Below the pieces are notes generated by a model, which saw nothing but the letters and a program-made list of their open reading frames with translations, did no database searches and was not told where the DNA came from. Positions 11,470 to 20,199 of a stretch of DNA of 64,000 nucleotides are shown here, piece by piece. The DNA is from Thermodesulfobacteriota bacterium (GTDB lineage Bacteria > Desulfobacterota_D > UBA1144 > Nemesobacterales > Mycalebacteriaceae), in contig CBDAQI010000010.1 in assembly GCA_965198945.1 (NCBI GenBank), positions 64,001-128,000 of the forward strand. Reading direction: 5' to 3'. Positions within the stretch are counted from its first letter, which is position 1. The number at the start of each line of letters is the position of its first letter. The translations under genes and the position numbers were made by a program.

Positions 11470-11607
11470 GCGGGGAACCACTTCAGTAAATTAATAGTTA
11501 ATAAGCTATCTGTATAAATTAAGTTAGTTGACTAAATTTGTATGACTTTATAAAACTGGTTTTTCTTGCATAGCCCACATGAATCACGGTTACAACTTAA
11601 GCCCCTG

Positions 11608-12189
11608 TCAGAGGCTGCCGTGCCGCCCGCAGTGTTCAATGAGTGACTTGCAGGCCTTCTTAAGCATTCCGTCAGTGCGTTCGTCAAGTATCCGGCCGTT
11701 CTCGTCAAAAGCACTTGATGCGCCTCTGACGGAACATTGTTCGGTGATTATCTGTGCGCCGACATTCATCATCACCGAACGCAGGTGGTAAAGGCCGCGA
11801 ATACCGCCCAGGCTGCCGTCCGAAGCCGAGCCCAGAGCGATGTATCGCCCGTGCCACGGGTTGGTCCGGTCGGCGTTCGGTGATGACATCAGGCTGACCC
11901 AGTCAACCATGTTCTTCAAAAGCGGTGGGATGGATGAATTGTATTCGGGGCTGGCGATAAAGACGCCGCTGTGTTCGGCAACAATTTTGCCCAGCCGCAT
12001 GGCGCTTTCGGGAATTCCCTCGCTATCCTTCGAGTCTTCATTGACCAGAGGCATCGGATAGTCAAGCAGTGAGATGTGTGTAACATCAGCGCCAAACTGC
12101 GTCAGCTTCAGCCGTGCCGCATTTACAAGTTTTTCATTGATTGATGCTGATTTGACCGAACCCGCAAAGACAAGAATGCGCGGTTTCAT
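11608..12189 (-). CDS. NADPH-dependent FMN reductase family flavoprotein
   Basis: FAGS..S.S.N, ASPEYNSSIPPLLKN.VDW.S, GGIRG motifs; SD GAGGAGG upstream. Confidence 0.9.
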   Translation of the reverse strand: MKPRILVFAGSVKSASINEKLVNAARLKLTQFGADVTHISLLDYPMPLVNEDSKDSEGIPESAMRLGKIVAEHSGVFIASPEYNSSIPPLLKNMVDWVSLMSSPNADRTNPWHGRYIALGSASDGSLGGIRGLYHLRSVMMNVGAQIITEQCSVRGASSAFDENGRILDERTDGMLKKACKSLIEHCGRHGSL

Positions 12190-12233
12190 AATTTATCCTC
12201 CTCCTAATTAAAGACGGTCATTTCCTGTTTTAT

Positions 12234-12638
12234 TCAAGCCTTTCTCCACAAACACGCAAACAGGGAGAAAATTAAAACGCTCAAATAAGCGTAACCCAAA
12301 TCAACAGCGGTTGCGGCTTTTGGGATCCCGCCCCAGTGGTGCTGGCTGAATATTACCGCTCCGACAATTCCCATTCCGATGAGGACACTCAGTTTGAAGG
12401 CGTCTCCGGCGGTTTGAAGACCAAGACCGGCGGCGATTGCCGCCACACTCAGGCAAACAAGAAACTGTTTTCCAAACTCAACCGCCAGTTTGGAAGGGGT
12501 GTCATCGGGTTCGCTAATTCCGACCGCTTCCATAAAAATTACGCCGAACACCGCCTCGTTATACCAGACGGCGCCCACCACAAAAGCCACCAAAGTCGCA
12601 ACGGTTACCGATATGAAGTTAACCCGCGAGAGGTTCAT
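12234..12638 (-). CDS. DUF1761-like membrane protein
   Basis: VNF..V.VA.LVAFVVGAVWY..VFG at the N-terminus, four hydrophobic segments, and DLGY near the C-terminus. Confidence 0.7.
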   Translation of the reverse strand: MNLSRVNFISVTVATLVAFVVGAVWYNEAVFGVIFMEAVGISEPDDTPSKLAVEFGKQFLVCLSVAAIAAGLGLQTAGDAFKLSVLIGMGIVGAVIFSQHHWGGIPKAATAVDLGYAYLSVLIFSLFACLWRKA

Positions 12639-12930
12639 TGCCGCTTTCCGCGAGTTTTGAGATTTTTGCCGCGAGCGCAAAGTCTTTTTTGGTTATTCCG
12701 CCTTCGCTGTGAGTTGAAAGCGTGATTTTCACCTTCTTCCAGCCGTGCATCAGGATGTCGGGGTGATGGTCTGCTTTTTCCGCTTCAATTCCGACTCTCA
12801 CTACAAAAGCAAGGGCTTCCGAGAAGTTCCGTAAGGTAAAGTTTCTGTAAATGGCTTTTTTACCGGCTCTCCACCCACCGGACAGATTTTTCAGCCTTTT
12901 CTGGACTTCCTGAGCGCTTAAAATGGCCAT
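12619..12930 (-). CDS. pterin-4-alpha-carbinolamine dehydratase
   Basis: AEKADHHPDI, LSTHSEGGIT.KDF.LA.KI motifs. Confidence 0.92.
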   Translation of the reverse strand: MAILSAQEVQKRLKNLSGGWRAGKKAIYRNFTLRNFSEALAFVVRVGIEAEKADHHPDILMHGWKKVKITLSTHSEGGITKKDFALAAKISKLAESGNEPLAG

Positions 12931-12953
12931 TTACGGGGTCACTGCGCGACTGT

Positions 12954-12983
12954 TTGACAACTACCGCGCCCACCTTGTATTAT
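12954..12983 (+). promoter_or_regulatory. sigma70-like promoter of the thiolase operon
   Basis: TTGACA-18 nt-TATTAT upstream of SD GGGGGAG and ATG 13025. Confidence 0.55.
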
Positions 12984-13024
12984 ACAAACCCTGTTTATTC
13001 AAGACAAGGGGGGAGTTGATTCCA

Positions 13025-14233
13025 ATGAGTTGTGAACTCGGTATGAAAGAAGCCCGCGAGCTTCTGAAAAAACACAAAATTGTAATCGCCGGAGTCGGCG
13101 AGACTGAACAGGGAAAGATTCCCGACAAAAGTTCTTTCCACTTTCTTTCCGAAGCGTCAAAACTTGCGATAGAAGACGCCGGCATCAAAAAAACCGATGT
13201 TGACGGTCTTGTAACCGCATTTTCGCTTGTGGAGCAGACATTTATGCACTGCACCACTTTTGCGGACTATTTCGGTATGAATCCCAGATTTTTCTCATCA
13301 ATAGCGGTCGGCGGTTCAACGGCCGTGTGGATGGCGGCCGAAGCGGCCATGGCCGTTGCGTCAGGTCAGGCCGAAGTCGTTTTGTGTGTCAGGGGAGACA
13401 ACACGCTTTCCGGAATTTCTTCTTCGGGAATGGTCGCGCTTATAAGAGAGATGTGCCACGCGGAGTTTGAATTCCCTTACGGGCTTACCACTCCCGGAGG
13501 CTATGCGCTTGCGGCACAGAGGTATCTGCACGAATACGGCAACAGCAGGGAGCACCTCGCCGCAGTTGCCACAACAATGAGAAAACACGCGGCGGACAAA
13601 GAAAATGCAATGAATAAAGATCCTCTTTCCATTGAGGATGTGCTCGGCTCCCGCGTAATCGCCGAGCCGCTTACAAAATATGACTGCTCAATAATTTCCG
13701 ACGGCGGCTGCGCTTTCATAATAACCACTGAGGAAAAGGCAAAAGAGCTGGGCATAGAAAACAATCTTGCCTACCTGTGGGGAATGGGTCAGGGATATTC
13801 GCATCAGTATCTGACCACACTCAACGATCTCGGGCAGATATACGGGGCGGTTGAAGCCTCCGGCAAAAAGGCGTTCGGCACTGCGGGCATAGGCACCGAC
13901 GATGTTGATGTCGCTTTCCTCTATGACTGCTTTACGATAACGGTTCTGCTTGAACTTGAGGGGCTCGGCTTTGTCAAACCGGGAGAGGGCGGACCTTTCG
14001 CGCTTGAAGGCAGAATGGAGAACGGGAAAGACCTTCCGGTCAATACGCACGGAGGTCTTCTCTCTCAGGCGCATCTCGGTGCGATGCACCATGTTGTTGA
14101 AGCGACCCTTCAGCTCCGCGGTTCCGCCGGCAAAAGGCAGGTAGACGGCGCCGAAGTTGCGCTTGTGCATGGAAACGGCGGCATAGTCAGCGCCCACAGC
14201 ACAATACTGCTCGGCAATCAGCCGCTCAATTGA
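13025..14233 (+). CDS. SCP-x/Ltp-type thiolase-fold protein (possible aldolase)
   Basis: IAGVGET, DCSIISDGGCA, LYDCFT, PVNTHGGLLS. No nucleophilic Cys at the usual site (GGST). Start placed at 13025 by SD and promoter. Confidence 0.85.
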   Translation: MSCELGMKEARELLKKHKIVIAGVGETEQGKIPDKSSFHFLSEASKLAIEDAGIKKTDVDGLVTAFSLVEQTFMHCTTFADYFGMNPRFFSSIAVGGSTAVWMAAEAAMAVASGQAEVVLCVRGDNTLSGISSSGMVALIREMCHAEFEFPYGLTTPGGYALAAQRYLHEYGNSREHLAAVATTMRKHAADKENAMNKDPLSIEDVLGSRVIAEPLTKYDCSIISDGGCAFIITTEEKAKELGIENNLAYLWGMGQGYSHQYLTTLNDLGQIYGAVEASGKKAFGTAGIGTDDVDVAFLYDCFTITVLLELEGLGFVKPGEGGPFALEGRMENGKDLPVNTHGGLLSQAHLGAMHHVVEATLQLRGSAGKRQVDGAEVALVHGNGGIVSAHSTILLGNQPLN

Positions 14234-14275
14234 CAGGGCGGAGCGGGTTTTTACTAATCAGGAGGAATTACAGAT

Positions 14276-14695
14276 ATGTCTGAAAACAAATATGCAAAAC
14301 CTCTTCCGGAGTTCCGTCCGGAAACAAAACCGTTTTGGGACGGGTGTAAGAGTCACAGTCTTATGCTTCCGCGCTCAAAACAGACCGGAAAGTTTTTCTT
14401 TTATCCGAGGGCTTTTTCTCCGGGAGATGACATGAGCTCTGACATTGAGTGGGTTAAATCTCCGGGCAGGGGAAAAGTCTGGACCTTCTCCATTCATCAT
14501 ATGGGGCCCACAAAGGCCTATAAGGCAGACGGCGCATATGTGGTTGCGCTCATAGAGCTTGAAGAAGGCGTAAAGATGATGTCCAATGTTGTGGACTGTG
14601 ATGTGAATGAAGTCAAAATCGGAATGGAAGTTGAGGTAGTTTTTGACGATGTTACCGACGAGGTGACGCTTCCGAAGTTCCGTCCCGTCAAATAG
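14276..14695 (+). CDS. DUF35 (OB-fold) acyl-CoA-binding partner
   Basis: PFWDGC, G.GKVWTFSI, ALIELEEG.KMMSNVV, IGMEVEVVF..LPKFRP. Confidence 0.88.
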   Translation: MSENKYAKPLPEFRPETKPFWDGCKSHSLMLPRSKQTGKFFFYPRAFSPGDDMSSDIEWVKSPGRGKVWTFSIHHMGPTKAYKADGAYVVALIELEEGVKMMSNVVDCDVNEVKIGMEVEVVFDDVTDEVTLPKFRPVK

Positions 14696-14715
14696 GAACC
14701 CGGAGGAAATCAGTT

Positions 14716-15171
14716 ATGTCAAAAATTTTCTACGAAGACATTGAAGTGGGTGAAGAGCACGAAAGCACCGGCAGAACCGTTACCGAAGCTGATGTTGTGA
14801 ATTTTGCCGGTCTTTCGGCGGACTTCAACAATATGCACATAGACGAGGAGTTTGCGAAAAAAACGGTTTTTACAACGCGCGTCGCGCACGGCTTGTGTGT
14901 TCTTTCAATATCTTCAGGTCTCTGGTTTACCATGCCCAGACTTGCCACAATCGCCTTCATGGGGCTTGAGGACTGGCGCTTTTCCGGTGCGGTAAAGTTT
15001 GGCGACACGATAAGAATTAAACGCCGCCTTGCGGAAAAACGCGAACACAAAAGGCCGAATATGGGTTTTCTCATATGGGAACTTGATGTTCTGAATCAGA
15101 AGGACGAGGTTGTGCAGAAGGGCAAATGGGTTATTCTTGTTCAGAGAAGGGAAACGGAGGGGAAGAGCTGA
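14716..15171 (+). CDS. MaoC-like (R)-enoyl-CoA hydratase
   Basis: YEDIEVG, RTVTEADV.NFAGLSADFNNMH (D-x4-H dyad), RVAHG, V.FGDTI. Confidence 0.9.
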   Translation: MSKIFYEDIEVGEEHESTGRTVTEADVVNFAGLSADFNNMHIDEEFAKKTVFTTRVAHGLCVLSISSGLWFTMPRLATIAFMGLEDWRFSGAVKFGDTIRIKRRLAEKREHKRPNMGFLIWELDVLNQKDEVVQKGKWVILVQRRETEGKS

Positions 15172-15197
15172 CCGCTCTCCGCAAAGTGAATTTTCCC

Positions 15198-15227
15198 TTG
15201 TTTAATTGGTGTCTGTTACATTATAAT
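15198..15227 (+). promoter_or_regulatory. sigma70-like promoter
   Basis: TTGTTT-18 nt-TATAAT upstream of the outer-membrane protein gene. Confidence 0.45.
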
Positions 15228-15280
15228 GAGTGTTCAGTTTCGGGTTATTGTTTTTTAATCCTTAACGGGAGATTATCAGG

Positions 15281-15928
15281 ATGAGGAAATTTATCTTATT
15301 ACTGGTTCCGGTTTTTACGGCCGTCCTTGCATTTACCGCACCCTCCGTTGCACAGACGGATCCCGGCTACGGGTCTTTGGGTGCGAGCTCTGTGACGGCA
15401 AAGTTTATTTCAAAAGAGTTCGGGGGTGAAATCGTACGGAAAGCTGCGGTGTCCGGAGCCCAAAGGTTTCAGGGATTTCAAATTGACACGGATTTGTTCC
15501 ACACAGAGCATGTTGATTTTATTACCGAGACTTCATACTCTCAGGTATCTTCAAACGGTTTGAAATCGTGGGTCTTTGACGCTTCCCTGAAGCCCGTTGC
15601 ATATAAACGGATAACACCGAACATCAAATTATTCGGAGCGGGTTCTCTCGGTCTTGCAAGAGCCAATGTAAAGACTTCCCACACGAATCAATACAAGGAA
15701 ACCGAGCTTATATGGAGCCTTGCCACCGGCGCCGAACTTAACCAGGGGCGTTTGTCTTTGCTTATTTCGGTCGGATATGAGTGGATGGATGAATTTGGAA
15801 AAGGCGCCGAGGTTGAAACCGAAGCCAAAATAACAATGACAGACCGGTTGTTTCTGAACACCGGATTGGGCTATAACTGGAATCCTCAGGCTTTTTCGTT
15901 CAATATCGGAATGGGTCTCCGTTTCTGA
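15281..15928 (+). CDS. outer-membrane beta-barrel protein
   Basis: Signal peptide (MRKFILLL..SVA-Q), alternating beta-strand pattern, C-terminal BAM signal ...GMGLRF. Confidence 0.7.
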   Translation: MRKFILLLVPVFTAVLAFTAPSVAQTDPGYGSLGASSVTAKFISKEFGGEIVRKAAVSGAQRFQGFQIDTDLFHTEHVDFITETSYSQVSSNGLKSWVFDASLKPVAYKRITPNIKLFGAGSLGLARANVKTSHTNQYKETELIWSLATGAELNQGRLSLLISVGYEWMDEFGKGAEVETEAKITMTDRLFLNTGLGYNWNPQAFSFNIGMGLRF

Positions 15929-15951
15929 TTCAAAACGGATTTTACTTTTTA

Positions 15952-16707
15952 TCAGTTATCGCAGCTTTTGAGAATTTTTGCCACTTCTCCGGAAAAACCG
16001 GCTATTTTCTCTCTTATGATAAGGTCTGCATATTCGTCATAGGGAGTTTCCATAAGGTTCAGAATTATAAGTTTTGCGCCTTTTCTCAGAGCCATTTGAG
16101 GCAGAGTGCTCGCCGGTGTTACAACAAGTGAAGAACCGGCCACTATAAGAACATCCGATTTCTCAACCAGCTCAACCGCATTGTTCCACGGTTCGCGCGG
16201 AAGCGGCTCTCCGAAAAAAACCGCGTTCGGTTTCAGAATTCCGCCACACTCGCAGACGGGGGCTTTTTCTCCATTCTTCACCCTCTCCATCACTTCTTCC
16301 ATCGGTCTGTGCTCTCCGCATTCAACACAAACCGTCTCCCGTATTGAGCCGTGAAGCTCATGCACGGTTTGTGAGCCGGCCTCTGTGTGAAGCCCGTCCA
16401 CGTTCTGGGTTATGATTCCCCCTATCACTCCCCGACTTTCAAGTTCGGAAAACAAAAAATGTCCGGCATTGGGTTTTGCCGCACTGCGGGTCGGGTAGAG
16501 CTCCAGCGCATATGAGTAGTAGGCTGCGGGATTGCGAAGAAATCCGTCAAGACTGACCACCGATTGGTCCATTTTTTCCCAGATGCCCTCTCCGGGTGAC
16601 CTGTAGTCGGGAATTCCGGACTCGGTGCTTATTCCCGCTCCGGTGAGAACCGCGCCGTTTCCGGCAAGCGAGAGTATTTCAACAAATTTTTCCGCCCCGG
16701 CGTGCAA
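15952..16707 (-). CDS. cobB: NAD-dependent protein deacylase (sirtuin)
   Basis: TGAGISTESGIPDYRS, TQNVDGLH, ELHGS, CxxC...CxC, GSSL.V.PA. Confidence 0.93.
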   Translation of the reverse strand: MHAGAEKFVEILSLAGNGAVLTGAGISTESGIPDYRSPGEGIWEKMDQSVVSLDGFLRNPAAYYSYALELYPTRSAAKPNAGHFLFSELESRGVIGGIITQNVDGLHTEAGSQTVHELHGSIRETVCVECGEHRPMEEVMERVKNGEKAPVCECGGILKPNAVFFGEPLPREPWNNAVELVEKSDVLIVAGSSLVVTPASTLPQMALRKGAKLIILNLMETPYDEYADLIIREKIAGFSGEVAKILKSCDN

Positions 16708-16727
16708 ACCGTCAACCGTCCGGGTTT

Positions 16728-17401
16728 TTACCGTGAGTCCGGCAGAAAGGTGATTTTTTTTGCATTACCGTCTTCTTTTGTCTCAAATTTTATGCCTTTC
16801 ATTTCTTTTACCGCGGTATAGACCACTTTTCTTTCATATGCCTGCATTTTATGGAAAGTGAACGGCCTTCCCGATTCTATTACCTTTTTTGCGGCTTCCA
16901 CAGCTTTTCTTTCAATCTCTTTTTCTCTTTCCCTTTTGTAGTTGTTGATGTCTATTGAAATTCTTTTGCCTTTGCCCGGCTGCTTGCCCGTTTTTGCCGA
17001 CACTATTCTCGCGACAATGTATTCCAGATTTCTGAGGGTTTCCCCGTATTTACCTATTAAAAGGCCTTGGGACTCTTCAACATTCAAGTCAACCTCTATG
17101 GCAGAATCGGTTTCCGAAACTTTGAGGGAGTGTTGGATTCCCATAATGTCCAGAATTTTTGCGGTTGCCTCGCGGGTTTCTTCCGGCACTTTTTCAGGGA
17201 AGTAAGCCGTTGTTCCGCCGCCGTTTTCACCGCCTTTCGCCATGACTCTGATCTTTGCCTTTTTGCCGCCTATCCCAGGATGCCTCTTGTTGGTTTCTGT
17301 AAAACCTCAACTTGAACTTCGTCCCTGCGGACACTCAATTCCAGAAGAGCTTCTTCAATCGCTTCTTCAACCGTGTCAGCCTCTTTTTCAATCATTTTCA
17401 T
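16728..17401 (-). pseudogene. jag: Jag/EloR (KhpB) RNA-binding protein, frameshifted between Jag_N and KH-R3H-like domains
   Basis: Jag_N reads MKMIEKEADTVEEAIEEALLEL...KPTRGILG from 17401. Adding one base at the C3 run 17274-17276 gives GILGIGGKKAKIRV, joining ORF 16728..17243 (LLIGKYGETL, IDINNYK). Confidence 0.85.
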
Positions 17402-17441
17402 TTTCCCGTTCCTCCAGTTTTGTTACTTGTTTTCCCCCTTT

Positions 17442-19094
17442 TTAAGCGGGACTGCTCCTGTTTATGTATATCTGTTGTGCAACACTCAGCACATTGCTTG
17501 CCGTCCAGTACAGCACAAGACCCGAAGGAAAGTCCCACATGACAACCGTAAAAACCACCGGCATGAACTGCATTATTTTCGCCTGCATCGCGGCAGTGTC
17601 GCCCGTGGCGGTCATGGGAGTGAGCTTTGTTGAAAACCACCATGAAACCCCCATTGCAAGAGGGAGAATTCTAAACGGCACGGAAGTCCAGGGTATGGTG
17701 AAAAGCCCCTTCTCAGGAGCCGAAAGGTCTGTTATCCAGAGAAAATCACTGTGACGCAAGTCTATTGAATACAGAAGACCGTAGTAAAGGGCTATGAAAA
17801 CCGGCACCTGAGCGAGCATCGGCAGACATCCTCCCAGACTGCTGAGCGGATTGACTCCGTGGCTTGAGTAGAGCTTCATCATTTCCTCGTTCTGGCGCTT
17901 TTTATCGTCCTTGAACTTTTCCTTCAGAGCATCTATTTTCGGTTTTATGATTTCCATTTTCTTCTGCATCTTCTTCATTGATCTCATTCCCCTTATGGAG
18001 AGAGGTAGAAACATCAATCTGAACACAATTGTTATTACTATTATTGACACTCCGTAGTTGTTGAAAATCCTGTTTGTGTAGTTCAGGATTTTTACGGCGA
18101 GTTTTGAAAGACCTCCGAACCATCCGTAATCAATGGCATTTTCAAACCCGTAGCCGGCAGCTTTAAGCATGCTCTCCTCTTTGGGGCCGATGTAGGATTT
18201 CCATTTGCGAACCGAGATCGCGCCTGCGGGAACCGAAAACCTTCCATATGAAAAGGCGGTCTCAATGTTTTCCGCCTTGTCGTTTTTTGCGCGAACCTCT
18301 GTTGTTTCACCCGATTCGGGCAGTGAAGCGAGAATGAAGTATTTTTTTGAAAAACCAAGCCAGTCCACTCTTCCGGAAAGTGAACGTCCGCTTTTGTCTC
18401 CGGCATCGTTGAACTGTTTCTTTTCACCGTTCAGCGAGACGACAAGAGCGTCCGCAGGCCCGTATCGCGCCTCCTCTATTTCTCCTCTCTGAAGAAAATG
18501 GATTGCATATTCGGCGGTTTCTCCGGATTTGTTTTCTATCTCGTATCTGCCTCCGATAACATATGTGTCCGGTGCAAAAGAAAGTTTTTTGGTAATTTTA
18601 ACGCCGTCTTTTTCATACAGGAGGGCTATCTCTCTTGCGAGCCCCTCAACATTGACAACTTCTGCTCCCTCATATTTGAAAGGTATTGCGGGCGCAAGTT
18701 TTATTTTTTCAACGGACAAAGCCGTTTCGGGAGCCGTTGACGAGACCTCAAGAAGATTCAGCCGGGTTTCGGCACCGGGGTTTTCAAAGTAGTTGTGAAG
18801 AAGAAACTTCTTGACGGTTCCGCCCGCAGTGTCAACAAATGCGGTGTATAGAGGTGTCCGGATCTCCAGCGTTTTGCCGGTTTGCACGGAGTCCCAGGGA
18901 TTTTGCTCTCCCCAGACGCCTGCCGGAACCGCCGCCGTTGCGGCCTGCTTTCGTTCCGTCCGTTTTTCAGTTTTCTCCACGGCAGCCTGTTCGGCCTGCG
19001 GTCTGGGAGGAAACAGTTTGGAATATCCGAAGATAATTCCCAGGGCGAGAACGGCAAAGACTATGTAATTAAAGGTGAGTTTTTCATCTTTCAT
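17442..19094 (-). CDS. yidC: membrane protein insertase YidC
   Basis: IDYGWF, NYGVSII..TI..R, GGCLPML.Q.PVF..LY, WI.DLS.P, PSGLVLYW; syntenic with rnpA/yidD. Confidence 0.97.
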   Translation of the reverse strand: MKDEKLTFNYIVFAVLALGIIFGYSKLFPPRPQAEQAAVEKTEKRTERKQAATAAVPAGVWGEQNPWDSVQTGKTLEIRTPLYTAFVDTAGGTVKKFLLHNYFENPGAETRLNLLEVSSTAPETALSVEKIKLAPAIPFKYEGAEVVNVEGLAREIALLYEKDGVKITKKLSFAPDTYVIGGRYEIENKSGETAEYAIHFLQRGEIEEARYGPADALVVSLNGEKKQFNDAGDKSGRSLSGRVDWLGFSKKYFILASLPESGETTEVRAKNDKAENIETAFSYGRFSVPAGAISVRKWKSYIGPKEESMLKAAGYGFENAIDYGWFGGLSKLAVKILNYTNRIFNNYGVSIIVITIVFRLMFLPLSIRGMRSMKKMQKKMEIIKPKIDALKEKFKDDKKRQNEEMMKLYSSHGVNPLSSLGGCLPMLAQVPVFIALYYGLLYSIDLRHSDFLWITDLSAPEKGLFTIPWTSVPFRILPLAMGVSWWFSTKLTPMTATGDTAAMQAKIMQFMPVVFTVVMWDFPSGLVLYWTASNVLSVAQQIYINRSSPA

Positions 19095-19108
19095 GTTTTT
19101 TCACCGGT

Positions 19109-19351
19109 TCATTTTGTTCCGCTTGTCCCTCCCACCGGGTCATAACCGCCCGGATGGAAGGGGTGGCATTTTGCAATTCTGCGCAGAGCCATTGCTCCGC
19201 CCTTTCCCATACCATGCATTTTGATTGCTTGTGCCGAGTATTCGGAACAGCTCGGATGGAAGCGGCATCGTTTTCCCAGTATGGGGGAGACGGCTTTGCG
19301 GTATATCTCTATCAGTAAAACGGCCAGTTTCCCGGCCGCACGGGCGGCCAT
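19109..19351 (-). CDS. yidD: membrane protein insertion efficiency factor
   Basis: [25 protein letters not shown]. Confidence 0.95.
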   Translation of the reverse strand: MAARAAGKLAVLLIEIYRKAVSPILGKRCRFHPSCSEYSAQAIKMHGMGKGGAMALRRIAKCHPFHPGGYDPVGGTSGTK

Positions 19352-19701
19352 TATTTATCCCCGCCCATCATATCAATTATTTCTCCGCTTACTGCGGGAA
19401 AAGAAAGGTGAGACACATCCTTTTTTGCTATGAAAACCACATCGTTTGAGTCAAATCTGTGTTTGTTCAGTCTGAAAGTCTCCCTGAAATAACGTTTGAT
19501 TTTGTTTCTTGAAACGGCTTGCGAAACCGCTTTTTTAGCAACGGTGTGGCCCATGCGCGGAAAGCCCAGACCGTTTTTTAACATTGCGAGAGAGAAGTTT
19601 TGAGATGAGATCCTTTTTCCCTTTTTCAGAACGCGCTCATACTCATTTTTTTCCATAAGTTTTTCTCGTTTTCGCAGCCTTGCATCGCGGACTCCATTCA
19701 T
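19351..19701 (-). CDS. rnpA: ribonuclease P protein component
   Basis: R.G.TVAKK...[15 protein letters not shown] (RNR motif); synteny. Confidence 0.93.
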   Translation of the reverse strand: MNGVRDARLRKREKLMEKNEYERVLKKGKRISSQNFSLAMLKNGLGFPRMGHTVAKKAVSQAVSRNKIKRYFRETFRLNKHRFDSNDVVFIAKKDVSHLSFPAVSGEIIDMMGGDK

Positions 19702-19847
19702 TTTGACCGGAACTGGACGGTCAGAACATACCTGCCTTTCTGCACCCTTCTTTTAAGAGTGCGGCGACCGCCCACCGTGCTCATCCTCGCGCGGAATCCG
19801 TGGGTTCTTATCGCTTTTTTTCTGTGCGGCTGAAAAGTTCTCTTCAT
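19698..19847 (-). CDS. rpmH: 50S ribosomal protein L34 (missed by the ORF track)
   Basis: Manual translation [53 protein letters not shown] overlap with rnpA. Confidence 0.96.
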   Translation of the reverse strand: MKRTFQPHRKKAIRTHGFRARMSTVGGRRTLKRRVQKGRYVLTVQFRSK

Positions 19848-19860
19848 GGCGAATCGCTCT

Positions 19861-19888
19861 AAACTACCACAATGGGGGAGTCGGTCAA
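19861..19888 (-). promoter_or_regulatory. putative rpmH promoter
   Basis: Minus strand TTGACC-16 nt-TAGTTT with a TGn extension, back-to-back with a plus-strand TTGACA at 19891. Confidence 0.45.
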
Positions 19889-19955
19889 GTTTGACAACGA
19901 TTCGCTATTGCTGTTAAATGTTGACAGTATTCCACTTTCCGGACAACCGCCACCG

Positions 19956-20171
19956 ATGGTATTTGAAGGGCTGAAATTGATGTTTGCGGGGATGTTTGTC
20001 GTCTATGTATTCCTCTCCGTTCTTCTTGTCATGATAAAAGTATCGGCTCGTTTTTTTGCCGGGTTACCCGAAAATCCTGTCGGACCGCCGGTTTCTTCCA
20101 CAAAGAATGAGAACGGTAGAATAGCCGCGGTCATTGCGGCGGCCGTGGCGGCTTACAGGTCGGGCAGGTGA
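19956..20171 (+). CDS. oadG: Na+-transporting oxaloacetate decarboxylase gamma subunit
   Basis: EGL.LMFAGM..V.VFL.VL transmembrane segment, Pro-rich linker, IAAVIAAAVAAYR. Confidence 0.85.
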   Translation: MVFEGLKLMFAGMFVVYVFLSVLLVMIKVSARFFAGLPENPVGPPVSSTKNENGRIAAVIAAAVAAYRSGR

Positions 20172-20199
20172 TAATGTTTTCCGTTAAGGGTATTTGCAT

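Noticed and set aside
15952..16707. Sirtuin as a Sir2-HerA/Thoeris defence component
   Set aside because: It is a typical Zn-binding CobB-type deacylase in a housekeeping operon, about 10 kb from the herA island and on backbone composition.
19848..19955. oriC upstream of rpmH
   Set aside because: No DnaA-box cluster or AT-rich unwinding element, and no dnaA.
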